This document shows, in pieces, positions 49,682 through 57,582 of a DNA stretch of 64,000 nucleotides (position 1 is its first letter; the number at the start of each line of letters is the position of its first letter). The stretch covers positions 4,664-68,663 of the forward strand of contig CAYPSI010000113.1 in assembly GCA_964413375.1 (NCBI GenBank). The letters are read 5' to 3'. The DNA is from an uncultured Spirochaetales bacterium. Its GTDB lineage: Bacteria; Myxococcota_A; UBA9160; SMWR01. Under the pieces are notes generated by a model. It saw only the letters and a program-made list of their open reading frames with translations. It was not told where the DNA came from and searched no databases. A program made the translations under genes and the position numbers.

Positions 49682-50419
49682 TCAGCGCGGGACCATGCCG
49701 CCGTCGGCGAAGAGCACGTGGCCGGTGATGAAGCTCCCCGCGTCCGAAGTGAGCAGCAACGCCGGTCCCACCATCTCGTCGGGGTTCGCCATGCGCTTCA
49801 TGATCTGCATCCCGGTCATCCGGGCCCTGGCCTCGGGCGGGTTCTTTCGAACCATGTCGGTATCCACCGTTCCGGGCGAGAGCGCGTTCACGCGGATCCC
49901 GTAGCGGTCGAACTCGGCGGCCATCGAGCGCGTCGCGGCCACGAGCCCCGCCTTCCCGATCGCGTAGAGCGAGACCCTCGACGAGAACAGGAACGCGGCG
50001 CCGGACACCACGTTCAGCACGGCCGCATGCGCGCTCTTCTCGAGATGGGGAAGTGCCTCCTGCACCAGGAACACGGGCCCGCGCAGGTTCACGTCGAGCG
50101 ATTTCGCCCATGCCTCCGAGGTGTACTCGCCATGGGGCTGCGCGAGCGCGTTGGCCGCGTTGTTCACCACGACGTCGATTCCGCCGAAGGCAGAAGCCGT
50201 GCGCTGTACCAGCTCCCGGATCGCCGCGAGGTCGCCGAGGTGGCTCGGAACTGCGAGCACCTCGCCTCCCATCGCCCGCAGCTCGCGCGCCGTCTCATCG
50301 CAGGCTTCCGGCTTGCGGCTCGTGACGACGACCCTGGCGCCTGCCGCGACGTAGCCCTCGGCCAGCGCGCGCCCGATGCCGCGCGTCGCGCCGGTCACGA
50401 TCACCACGCGGCCGCTCAT
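49682..50419 (-). CDS. SDR-family oxidoreductase (FabG-like)
   Basis: TGATRGIG cofactor motif, NNAA, and the catalytic YAIGK (YxxxK). Confidence 0.9.
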   Translation of the reverse strand: MSGRVVIVTGATRGIGRALAEGYVAAGARVVVTSRKPEACDETARELRAMGGEVLAVPSHLGDLAAIRELVQRTASAFGGIDVVVNNAANALAQPHGEYTSEAWAKSLDVNLRGPVFLVQEALPHLEKSAHAAVLNVVSGAAFLFSSRVSLYAIGKAGLVAATRSMAAEFDRYGIRVNALSPGTVDTDMVRKNPPEARARMTGMQIMKRMANPDEMVGPALLLTSDAGSFITGHVLFADGGMVPR

Positions 50420-50528
50420 GTCGAAGAGCTGGCGGAGCTTGCGCTGGTCCAGGGCCGGTCTCCTCGCTTCCGATCACCCGGCCTGCGGGCGCTCGAGCGT
50501 CTGACGGCGGTCGAAGAGCGATGCCCGC

Positions 50529-51584
50529 CTAGTCCTCGGCCCCCGGGAGCGGCAGCGCCTCGCTCGCGTAGCGGGGGACGCCCTGCTTCGCGAGCTCGAA
50601 GAAGGCGGGGCCCATCGGGTGGATGCCGCGGATCGGCATCGAGCCGCGGCGGATCGTCCAGTCGCCCGGCGAGAGCTCGCCCGCACGTAGGAAGTGTCTT
50701 TCCGCGGCCTGCGTGCGCCCCTGTCGGTGCAGCCACCAGGCGAGCGAGCGGTGTGCGCGCGCGAGCTGCGTCTCCGCCGTTGGGACCGGCTGGTGGCTTC
50801 GGACCGTATCGGGGTCGAGGGCGCCCTTGCCGCGCCGGACCCACGCGCGCAGCGCGGCGAGGAAGGGCTCGCTCTGCTTGCCGTGGAACTGCGTGAAGGT
50901 ATCGGTTCCGAACTGCGCGTCGTGGGGGCGCACGATGCGCCCGCTCTCGTCGATCCAGATCATCGTCGGAACGTTGCGGATGTCGTAGAGCTGCGCGACG
51001 AGATGCTCGGTGTCGACGACGCTCGGATGCGTAGGCTTGGCGCGCTCGATGTAGGGACGCGGGTCCTCCGGGCTCTGATCGAGCGCGACGCTGAAGGGAA
51101 CGAAGCCCTGGGGGCCGAGCTCCTCGTAGAGTGCCTGCCACACGGGCAGGTCCTCGCGGCAGCCTCACCAGGAGGCGTAGGCGATCAGCAGCACCTTCTT
51201 GCCGCGGTGCTCGGAGAGCGAATGCATGCGGCCTTCGAGATCCGGGAGCGTGAAGTCCGGCGCCTCGAGCGTCGCCATCCGCGCGCCCCGTTCGGCCGCC
51301 GAGGTGCCGAGCGCGGCCGCGCGCTCGGCCGTGTCGAGTGCGAGCGGGCGGTCGACCGCGCGCGCGAAGGCCGCGAGATCGATGCCCGTTGCGTGCACGA
51401 GCTCTTCGCGATTGCGCACCGGCACGCAGACCTCGCCGCGGCAGAGCCCGCGGGGCTCGAGCCGCCAGCCGGTCGCGTCGCGAAGCGCATCGGCTGCGAT
51501 TCGCACCGTCTCCCCGGCGATGCTCGCCGGAATCACGACCTCGCGCTCACCGTCGATCAACGCAATGGATTCCGGCTGGCTCAT
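50529..51584 (-). CDS. Candidate selenoprotein: ResA/TlpA-like thiol-disulfide oxidoreductase with in-frame UGA (51165-51167) at the active site
   Basis: Track ORFs 51165..51602 and 50529..51143 are in the same frame, separated only by TGA plus 7 codons. Joined, they read APDFTLPDLEGRMHSLSEHRGKKVLLIAYASW-U-GCREDLPVWQALYEELGPQGFVPFSVALD...NVPTMIWIDESGRIV, a continuous redoxin fold. ATG at 51584 with GGAGGAG upstream. Confidence 0.6.
51134..51150 (-). promoter_or_regulatory. Candidate bacterial SECIS hairpin
   Basis: On the mRNA: UGA, 14 nt, then CCUGCC-CGUGU-GGCAGG. Flanking GAG/CUC pairing is possible. The G/U-containing apical loop lies 21-25 nt after the UGA. Confidence 0.45.
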
Positions 51585-51702
51585 CGTGGCTCCTCCAGGC
51601 AAGCGACACTAGCATACGCGGGCCTGCTCCGAGCAGGCTCGCGCACTGACCGCAGAACTTGAACCCCTCGGGATTCTCGAAGCCGCAGCTGGCGCAACGC
51701 AC
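51547..51702 (-). CDS. Unlisted 51-codon ORF encoding an N-terminal zinc ribbon (CxxC-x10-CxxC); may be a gene relic
   Basis: My own translation from the GTG at 51702: MRCASCGFENPEGFKFCGQCASLLGAGPRMLVSLAWRSHDEPAGIHCVDRR. It is below the length cutoff of the ORF track. It overlaps the next gene's start out of frame. Confidence 0.3.
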   Translation of the reverse strand: MRCASCGFENPEGFKFCGQCASLLGAGPRMLVSLAWRSHDEPAGIHCVDRR

Positions 51703-51755
51703 CGATCGACTCTACCGCGGCCCTGGCATGGAACCACTGATGAAGGCACGCTGGG

Positions 51756-53330
51756 TTAGATGCGCACCGGCAGGATGGCCGCGGCGATCGCCGCGAGCCA
51801 GCCGGCGTCGAGCAGTGCGATCGCGAGCAGGTTTCGCGAACCGGCGTAGACGAAGGCCGCGAGGATCTCCATCGCGACGAAGGCGAAGCACAGCATCGGG
51901 AGCATCAGCACCAGCACGAAGGGGAGGATTTCCGTCGCGACGCCTGCGCCGAGGAGCAGCACGATCAGCGTGCGGCCCGCGAGCCCGAAGAGCATCGCGC
52001 CGAACACCGACCCCCGGCGCACGAGGCATGCGAAGGCCAGCGAGAGCGGGAAGAACCCCGCTGCGGCCATCCCGAAGACGAGCACGCGCTCGGGCGTGAG
52101 CGTCACGCGGTGCAGTGCGACGCCGAAGGGGGACATGAGCGAGAAGACGGCGAGGACCCCGAGCCCTGCGGCGAGGAGCGGGGCGGCGGGATCGCGGCCG
52201 ATCCACGCGAGGAGCCCCGGCTCGCGCCAGCGGATCCACAGCAGCAGTCCCAATCCCGCGAGCGCGAAAATCGCGACCAGGGAGTCGAGCAGCTCCGCGG
52301 ACACGATCTCGGCGGGCGACCCGGTGGCGAGCAGCGGCATTGCCGCCACGAGCGCCACCGCCAGCAGGGCGAGGCCGCGGCCCCGCCGGAGCGCCGGGAG
52401 CGAATCGCGTCGCCCGGCGAGCCATGCCACCAGGAGGCCGAGCCCCGGAAGCACTCCGGCGAACGCGAGCGCCATCACTACGAGCGCGGGGATGCGCGCG
52501 TCCGTCGGAACCTCGACGGCCTCGCGCGGGATGCCGAAGGCCGCGTCGAGCCACGCCACGATCTCCCGCACGGAGTCGCCGCGCCAGACGATCGAGAGGT
52601 GATCGGCTCCGGGCACGACCGCGAGCTGGATCGCGGTGCCGGACGCGAAGCTCCCGTAGGCGCGCCCGGCCTCGGCACGCTCGACCTCGGCGAGACGCGT
52701 CACGAGCACGCCAGCGCGGTCCCGGACCAGGGCCGGATCGCCCTCGGCGACGAGGAAGAGCGCGTTCGGCGGGCGATAGGGTCCGTCGAGCCGCCAGCCG
52801 CCGGAGATCAGCACCGCAGCGTCGATCCCGGCATCGCGGGTCGCGAAGTCGAGCGCCGCGCCCGCGCCCATCGAGTGCCCCATCAACGCGATCCGCTCGC
52901 CGTCGACGAAGGGCGAGAGGCGCAGGTAGTCGACCGCAGCCGCGAGGTCTGCCTGGAACCCGTCGCTGCGCACGAAGCCGCGGCGCCAGGGATTGCGATT
53001 CTCGCCGTGACCGCTCGCATCGATCGCGAGCACCGCGTAGCCCGAGGCCGCGAGTCGGCGCGCGAGGCTCGAGAGCGAGAGCCGGTCGCCGGCGAAGCCG
53101 TGCATCAACACGATCGCGGGCGGCCGCTCGCCGCGCGGCGGCGGATCGAGAAAGGCATCCTGCACCGCCACGTCGCCGCTTCCGGGCAGGCTGAGCGTGG
53201 CGGGCACACCGCCCGCGAGCAGCAGATCTCCGTGCGCAGGGCCACCGCGCTCGAGTCGACCGAGCCAGACCGTCGCCACCAGGAACACGGCGAACGCAAT
53301 GCCCGACGCGAACCGAACGCCACGCACCAT
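51756..53330 (-). CDS. Alpha/beta hydrolase fused to a C-terminal multi-helix membrane domain
   Basis: N-terminal anchor, HGFAGD, nucleophile elbow GHSMGAG, then about 8 hydrophobic helices. ATG at 53330; the alternative is 53411. Confidence 0.75.
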   Translation of the reverse strand: MVRGVRFASGIAFAVFLVATVWLGRLERGGPAHGDLLLAGGVPATLSLPGSGDVAVQDAFLDPPPRGERPPAIVLMHGFAGDRLSLSSLARRLAASGYAVLAIDASGHGENRNPWRRGFVRSDGFQADLAAAVDYLRLSPFVDGERIALMGHSMGAGAALDFATRDAGIDAAVLISGGWRLDGPYRPPNALFLVAEGDPALVRDRAGVLVTRLAEVERAEAGRAYGSFASGTAIQLAVVPGADHLSIVWRGDSVREIVAWLDAAFGIPREAVEVPTDARIPALVVMALAFAGVLPGLGLLVAWLAGRRDSLPALRRGRGLALLAVALVAAMPLLATGSPAEIVSAELLDSLVAIFALAGLGLLLWIRWREPGLLAWIGRDPAAPLLAAGLGVLAVFSLMSPFGVALHRVTLTPERVLVFGMAAAGFFPLSLAFACLVRRGSVFGAMLFGLAGRTLIVLLLGAGVATEILPFVLVLMLPMLCFAFVAMEILAAFVYAGSRNLLAIALLDAGWLAAIAAAILPVRI

Positions 53331-53432
53331 CTCATGATGGAAGCCGGCCCGGATCCCCGCGTCAACGCGCGATGATCGCGTGATATCCTCGCGCACCCGA
53401 GCCAAGCTCATCGGACAGGGGAGGGCGAGGCC

Positions 53433-54338
53433 ATGACTCTCGGCACCATTCTCGTCAGCGGCGCCAACGGCAATCTCGGCCGTCGCCTGCTGCAGCGGCT
53501 GGCCGGCACGTACGCGCTGCGGGCGGTGGTGCGATCGGAACGCGCCGCGCTGGCCGTGCGCGCCGCGGGTGCGCTGCCCGCCCCCGAGCTTCTCGTCCTC
53601 GACTATGCGGACGAGGAGGGTCTCGCCGCGGCCGCACGCGGCTGTACGCACGCGGTGCACTTCGTCGGCATCCTGAAGGAGAGCCGGACGAGTCGCTACG
53701 TGGACGCGCACGAACGAGCCTGCGAGGCACTCGCACGCGCGGCGGACGCAGCCGGCCTGCGTCGGATCGTCTATCCGAGCATCCTCGGCTCGCGGCCGGA
53801 CTCCGCGAACGCCTGCCTCGCGTCGAAGGGTCGCGCGGAGCAGATCCTGCTCGGCGCGCGCACACCGGCCCTGGTATTGCGAGTCCCGATGGTGCTCGGC
53901 GAGAACGACTTTGCGGCGGCGGCGTTGCGAGCCCGCGCGCGCTCCCCCGCGGCGCTCCTCGTGCGCGGTGGCGCGAGCTTCGAGCAGCCGATCTACGCCG
54001 GCGACCTGGTCGAGGCGATCGTGCGCGGCCTCGACGCGCCTGGGCTCGACGACGTGGCGCTCGACCTCGCCGGCCCCGAGTCGCTGACCCAGCGCGCGCT
54101 CGTCGCTCGGGCGGCAGCGCTTCTCGGCGCGCGACCACCGCGCGTGATCCGGTTGCCGCGCGCGGTCGCCTTTGCGGGTGCGTGGCTCGCCGAGCGCCTC
54201 CTCGCCGACCCGCCGGTGACGCGCGCGATGCTCGACGTCCTCGACCACGACGACCGCATCGACCCCGCCGACGCCTGCCGCCGGCTCGGAATCTCGCTGA
54301 CGCCGCTCGACGAGGCGCTTCGGCGTTGCCTCGCGTAG
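53433..54338 (+). CDS. NAD(P)H-binding NmrA/epimerase-like protein
   Basis: ILVSGANGNLGRRLLQRL Rossmann opening. 301 aa with GGGAGGG upstream. Confidence 0.85.
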   Translation: MTLGTILVSGANGNLGRRLLQRLAGTYALRAVVRSERAALAVRAAGALPAPELLVLDYADEEGLAAAARGCTHAVHFVGILKESRTSRYVDAHERACEALARAADAAGLRRIVYPSILGSRPDSANACLASKGRAEQILLGARTPALVLRVPMVLGENDFAAAALRARARSPAALLVRGGASFEQPIYAGDLVEAIVRGLDAPGLDDVALDLAGPESLTQRALVARAAALLGARPPRVIRLPRAVAFAGAWLAERLLADPPVTRAMLDVLDHDDRIDPADACRRLGISLTPLDEALRRCLA

Positions 54339-54362
54339 CCCGCGCCACGCTCGTCCGATGGG

Positions 54363-54454
54363 CTCCGCTCGGCGGAGCCTCGCTGCGCGCGCTTCGCGCT
54401 CTCCCGATCGACTCCGCTCGGCGGAGCCTCGCTGCGCGCGCTTCGCGCTTGCGG
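54363..54454 (+). repeat. GC-rich repeat, tandem copies C1 and C2 (49-nt period)
   Basis: Two units of ctccgctcggcggagcctcgctgcgcgcgcttcgcgct. Each has CTCCGC-tcg-GCGGAG and GCGCG-ctt-CGCGC hairpins. They fill the convergent gap and abut the stop at 54455. Confidence 0.8.
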
Positions 54455-54874
54455 CTAGAAATCGATCGGGCGGCCGTCGTTGAGCGCGACCCAGCCGCGC
54501 AGGATGCGGTAGAGCACCCACAAACCCGTCGCGACCACGAGGATCCACGCGAGGGGAATTCCAACCACCGTTGCGAAGAGCACGACGGCGACCGAAACCC
54601 ACAGGACCGCGAACCAGAAGGTCCGCAGCTGCCAGCTGAAGTGCGACTCGAGCCAGGTATCGCGCGCATCGGAGCGCTTTACGTAGTTGAGGATGACGGC
54701 GAGGATCGAGGGCCAGCCGGTCAGGAAGGCCGTCACCACCGCTGCCGACGAGATCACGCCCATCAGCGCGCTGAACGCGTGCAGCGCATAGAGGATGTGC
54801 GTGAGCCGCACGAGCCCTTCCGACGCGGGGTCCGTCGCAAGCGGAAGAGGAGACTCCGGGCCGCCCTGCATCAT
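54455..54874 (-). CDS. Small integral membrane protein (four helices; COG3671/DUF4870-like)
   Basis: THILYALHAFSALMGV, SHFSWQLRTFW and the C-terminal RGWVALNDGRP match a widespread small membrane-protein family. The family name comes from memory. Confidence 0.7.
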   Translation of the reverse strand: MMQGGPESPLPLATDPASEGLVRLTHILYALHAFSALMGVISSAAVVTAFLTGWPSILAVILNYVKRSDARDTWLESHFSWQLRTFWFAVLWVSVAVVLFATVVGIPLAWILVVATGLWVLYRILRGWVALNDGRPIDF

Positions 54875-54890
54875 CGTCTGCCGATTCTAC

Positions 54891-54925
54891 CCACGCTTCG
54901 CCTCGCGCGGAAGCCGAGCAGCGTG
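54891..54925. repeat. Partial or hybrid copy of the GC-rich repeat (copy I)
   Basis: gcttcgcctcgcgcggaagccgagc. It shares the gcttcgcctcgc core and forms GCTTC-10 nt-GAAGC. Confidence 0.4.
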
Positions 54926-54938
54926 CCCCCCGGGCCTC

Positions 54939-55553
54939 TCACGAGGGCTCTCCCGGCGCCGCGCGCGGTCCCCGACGGTGGCGGCGCAGCCGCAGGCGCC
55001 TCGCTGCGAGCGCCGCACGCCGAACGAGCCGCTCGATCCAGGACAGCCGCCGCTCCGCGACGCGGACGCCATCGCGCCAGGTCTCGATCCGCTCGCCCGC
55101 GATGCGCTGCTCGTCTCCACCCGGGAGCAGCACGCGGAAGGGGCGACCCTCATCGAGCACGCACTCGCTGTCGAGGATCCGCACCGGCATCGAGGCCCGG
55201 TAGCGCTCTGCGATCGCGCGCAGGCGCAAGCAGCGATCGAAGCCCCCGGCCTCCGCCTCGTGCACCACGAGCTCCGGAAAGCCGCCGCGGCTCGCGAGGT
55301 CGAGAACGGCGCCCAGGCGGTCCGGCCGGTCGCCCTCCTCGAGCCCCCCCTGCAGCCATAGGCAACGGTACTGCCGACAGATCGACGGCCGGCGTGCATG
55401 GATCGCGCAGCCGGCCTCTGGCCGTTGGTGCAGGCACGCTGTGCCGCCGAGTTTCGCGAGCTCGTCCACCCGCAGGACGGTGCAGCACAGGCTGCACGCG
55501 CCGCAGGCGCGCTCGGCAGGGGACGCCGCCGCAGACGGGGATCCATCCCGCAT
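54939..55553 (-). CDS. YkgJ-family cysteine-cluster protein (UPF0153)
   Basis: ATG at 55553. CGACSLCCTVLRV ... CLHQ ... GCAIHARRPSICRQYRCLW is the family's Cys pattern. Confidence 0.8.
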   Translation of the reverse strand: MRDGSPSAAASPAERACGACSLCCTVLRVDELAKLGGTACLHQRPEAGCAIHARRPSICRQYRCLWLQGGLEEGDRPDRLGAVLDLASRGGFPELVVHEAEAGGFDRCLRLRAIAERYRASMPVRILDSECVLDEGRPFRVLLPGGDEQRIAGERIETWRDGVRVAERRLSWIERLVRRAALAARRLRLRRHRRGPRAAPGEPS

Positions 55554-55610
55554 CGCCGCATTGGACTCCGGACCCGGCCCCGCGTCAATGCGTGTTATGC
55601 TGCCCCCGAC

Positions 55611-56576
55611 ATGAGCGACGCGCGATCCACCCGGCGTTCCCCCCTCTGGCAGCGCGCGCTCCCGTGGCTCGTCACCTTCGGCTGCTTCGCGTTCCTGTAT
55701 GGCAGGCTCGACGCCGCAGCCGCACGCGAGGGCCAGGGCCTCGTCGCCTATCTCGGGGCGGTCTTCGCGCGCGTGAGCTGGCCGCGCTGGCTCGCGCTGA
55801 TGATCCCCTACTCCATCCTCTACTTCGTGATCGATTCGCTCGTCACGTGGCGGGTCGTGAGCTGGTTCAACACCCGCGTCAGCCTTGCGGGCATCCTCCC
55901 GATCCGTGCGAGCGCATACATCCTGTCGATCTTGAACGAGCAGGTCGGCAAGGGTGCGATCGCCGTGTACCTGAATCGCCGCGACGGCGTCCCAGGCTGG
56001 CAGGTCGGCTCGAGCATGCTCTTCATCATGTTCTGCGAGTTCTACTACCTGCTCGCCTGGGCGACGCTCGGGATCTCGCTGCGCGGGGACGAGCTCCCGG
56101 CCGTGTTTCGGGCGATCCCGTGGATCTTCGCCGGCGCGCTCGCCTTCTTGGCGCTCTGGCTCGCGTACTTCCGCGGCGCGCTCGCGCCTGCTTCGGGGCT
56201 GCGCGATCGCCAGATCTTCCACGCCTTTCGCAAGGCAGGGGCCTGGCACTACGTCGGGATCATCGCGCTGCGATCGCCGGCGCTGCTCGCCGCCGTCGTG
56301 GTCTACACGCTGGCGCTGCAGCTCTTCGGCGTCCACGCCGAGTGGCTCGACATGCTCTGCTATCTGCCGGTGATCTTCTTCGGTGCGGCCACGCCCGGAC
56401 CGATGCGCAGCGTCGCGATCACGCTGTGGGTGGTGCTCTTCCCCGAGCAGCCGGGCGAGATGGCTGCGTTCGGCCTGGTGCAGCACAACTTCTTCATCTT
56501 CTTCAACGCGGCGATCGGTCTCCTCTTCCTGCGTCGGGCGAACCGGGAGCTCTTCGGGAGCGCAGCAACAACCTGA
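55611..56576 (+). CDS. UPF0104 / lysyl-PG-synthase-TM-like (flippase-like) membrane protein
   Basis: ATG at 55611. About 8 helices. The segment ILNEQVGKGAIAVYLNRRDGV is typical of the family. Confidence 0.75.
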   Translation: MSDARSTRRSPLWQRALPWLVTFGCFAFLYGRLDAAAAREGQGLVAYLGAVFARVSWPRWLALMIPYSILYFVIDSLVTWRVVSWFNTRVSLAGILPIRASAYILSILNEQVGKGAIAVYLNRRDGVPGWQVGSSMLFIMFCEFYYLLAWATLGISLRGDELPAVFRAIPWIFAGALAFLALWLAYFRGALAPASGLRDRQIFHAFRKAGAWHYVGIIALRSPALLAAVVVYTLALQLFGVHAEWLDMLCYLPVIFFGAATPGPMRSVAITLWVVLFPEQPGEMAAFGLVQHNFFIFFNAAIGLLFLRRANRELFGSAATT

Positions 56577-57087
56577 GACGGTCTGCCATCGAGACGAGCG
56601 TCGTGGCGACGAGGAGCCAGCCCATCGCGCGAACCAGCGCCGGAGCGGGCCAGCCGAGGCCGGCAGCGTCGCGCACGAGCGGCACCGCGACGGCTGCGTA
56701 ATACGCGATGCCGTTCCAGCGGCCGAGGCGGCTCCCCCGCAGCCCGCCCGCCTGCGTGCGCGAGGCGACCGCGTACTGGACGAAGGCCGCCGCGATGAGG
56801 ATGGGCAGGAGCAGCGGAAGCGCGCCCTGCGACGCGAGCGCTGCCGTGCCGGCCGTGACGAAGGTCGCATCCACGGCGTGATCGAGAACTCCTCCGAGCG
56901 GGGAGTCCTCCGCACGGCGGCGTGCGATGCGGCCGTCGGCCACGTCCGTGGCGACCGCGACGCCGAAGACGAGCGCCGCAACCGACGGAGCCTCCGCGAG
57001 GATCGCGCCGACGAGCGCCGGTACGAGCGCCAGGCGAAGCCCGGTCAGCCAGTTCGCAAGCGTGAACCATCGCCCGACCGCGACCAT
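56503..57087 (-). CDS. CDP-alcohol phosphatidyltransferase family protein
   Basis: The signature D-x2-DG-x2-AR-x8-G-x3-D-x3-D reads DVADGRIARRRAEDSPLGGVLDHAVD. Its 3' end overlaps the convergent UPF0104 gene by 74 nt. Confidence 0.85.
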   Translation of the reverse strand: MVAVGRWFTLANWLTGLRLALVPALVGAILAEAPSVAALVFGVAVATDVADGRIARRRAEDSPLGGVLDHAVDATFVTAGTAALASQGALPLLLPILIAAAFVQYAVASRTQAGGLRGSRLGRWNGIAYYAAVAVPLVRDAAGLGWPAPALVRAMGWLLVATTLVSMADRLRLLLRSRRAPGSPDAGRGDRSPR

Positions 57088-57149
57088 CGTCGCGCGACTC
57101 TACCGGCGGCCGCGCTACCCTGCCGCACCTTCGAAGGAGGCGATACGAG

Positions 57150-57515
57150 GTGTCGCGAACGAGAAGTTTTCGCGCGGGCAGGTTCGCGGCACTCGCGAGC
57201 GCCGCCCTCGCCTGTGGTGGCGGAGACGAGGGCGCCGGCCTCGACGAAGTCGCCGCGCGCGGGAAGACCGTCTACGAGAACGTGTGCACCGCCTGCCACA
57301 ACCGGGATCCGCGCGAGGGCGGTGCCCTCGGGCCCGCCGTCGCCGGGGCTTCGCAGGAGCTCCTGGAGGCGAAGGTGCTGCGCGCGGAGTACCCGCCCGG
57401 CTACACGCCGAAGCTCCCGAGCTCGACCATGCCGAAGTACGAGTACCTGGCCGGGAGCCTGGGGGACATCGCCGCGTACCTGGCGACGATCCCCCCAGCG
57501 TCAGAGCCTGACTGA
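57150..57515 (+). CDS. Monoheme c-type cytochrome lipoprotein
   Basis: AAGGAGG upstream of the GTG. Lipobox-like ALACGG. Heme motif CTACH with a distal Met candidate (STMPKY). Confidence 0.8.
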   Translation: MSRTRSFRAGRFAALASAALACGGGDEGAGLDEVAARGKTVYENVCTACHNRDPREGGALGPAVAGASQELLEAKVLRAEYPPGYTPKLPSSTMPKYEYLAGSLGDIAAYLATIPPASEPD

Positions 57516-57582
57516 CTCCGCTCGCCTGCGGCTCGCTGCGCGCTTCGCTTGCGCGACCGACTTCTCTCGCCTGCGGCTCCGC
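57516..57582 (+). repeat. GC-rich repeat, copy D1 plus truncated D2
   Basis: ctccgctcgcctgcggctcgctgcgcgcttcgcttgcg followed by cttctctcgcctgcggctccgcc. It fills the gap between two convergent stops exactly (57515 and 57583). Confidence 0.7.

Noticed and set aside
50529-51143. The downstream half of the redoxin as an independent gene starting at the GTG at 51143, as in the ORF track.
   Set aside because: - It would begin in the middle of the thioredoxin fold, just after the active-site motif.
- It has no RBS.
- Its proposed GTG lies in the loop of the candidate SECIS hairpin.
54363-54454. The tandem repeats here and at 59282-59362 as possible CRISPR arrays.
   Set aside because: - There are only two units per locus.
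- No unique spacers separate the units.
- No cas genes are present.
- The same unit is dispersed singly elsewhere, so this is REP-like, not CRISPR.
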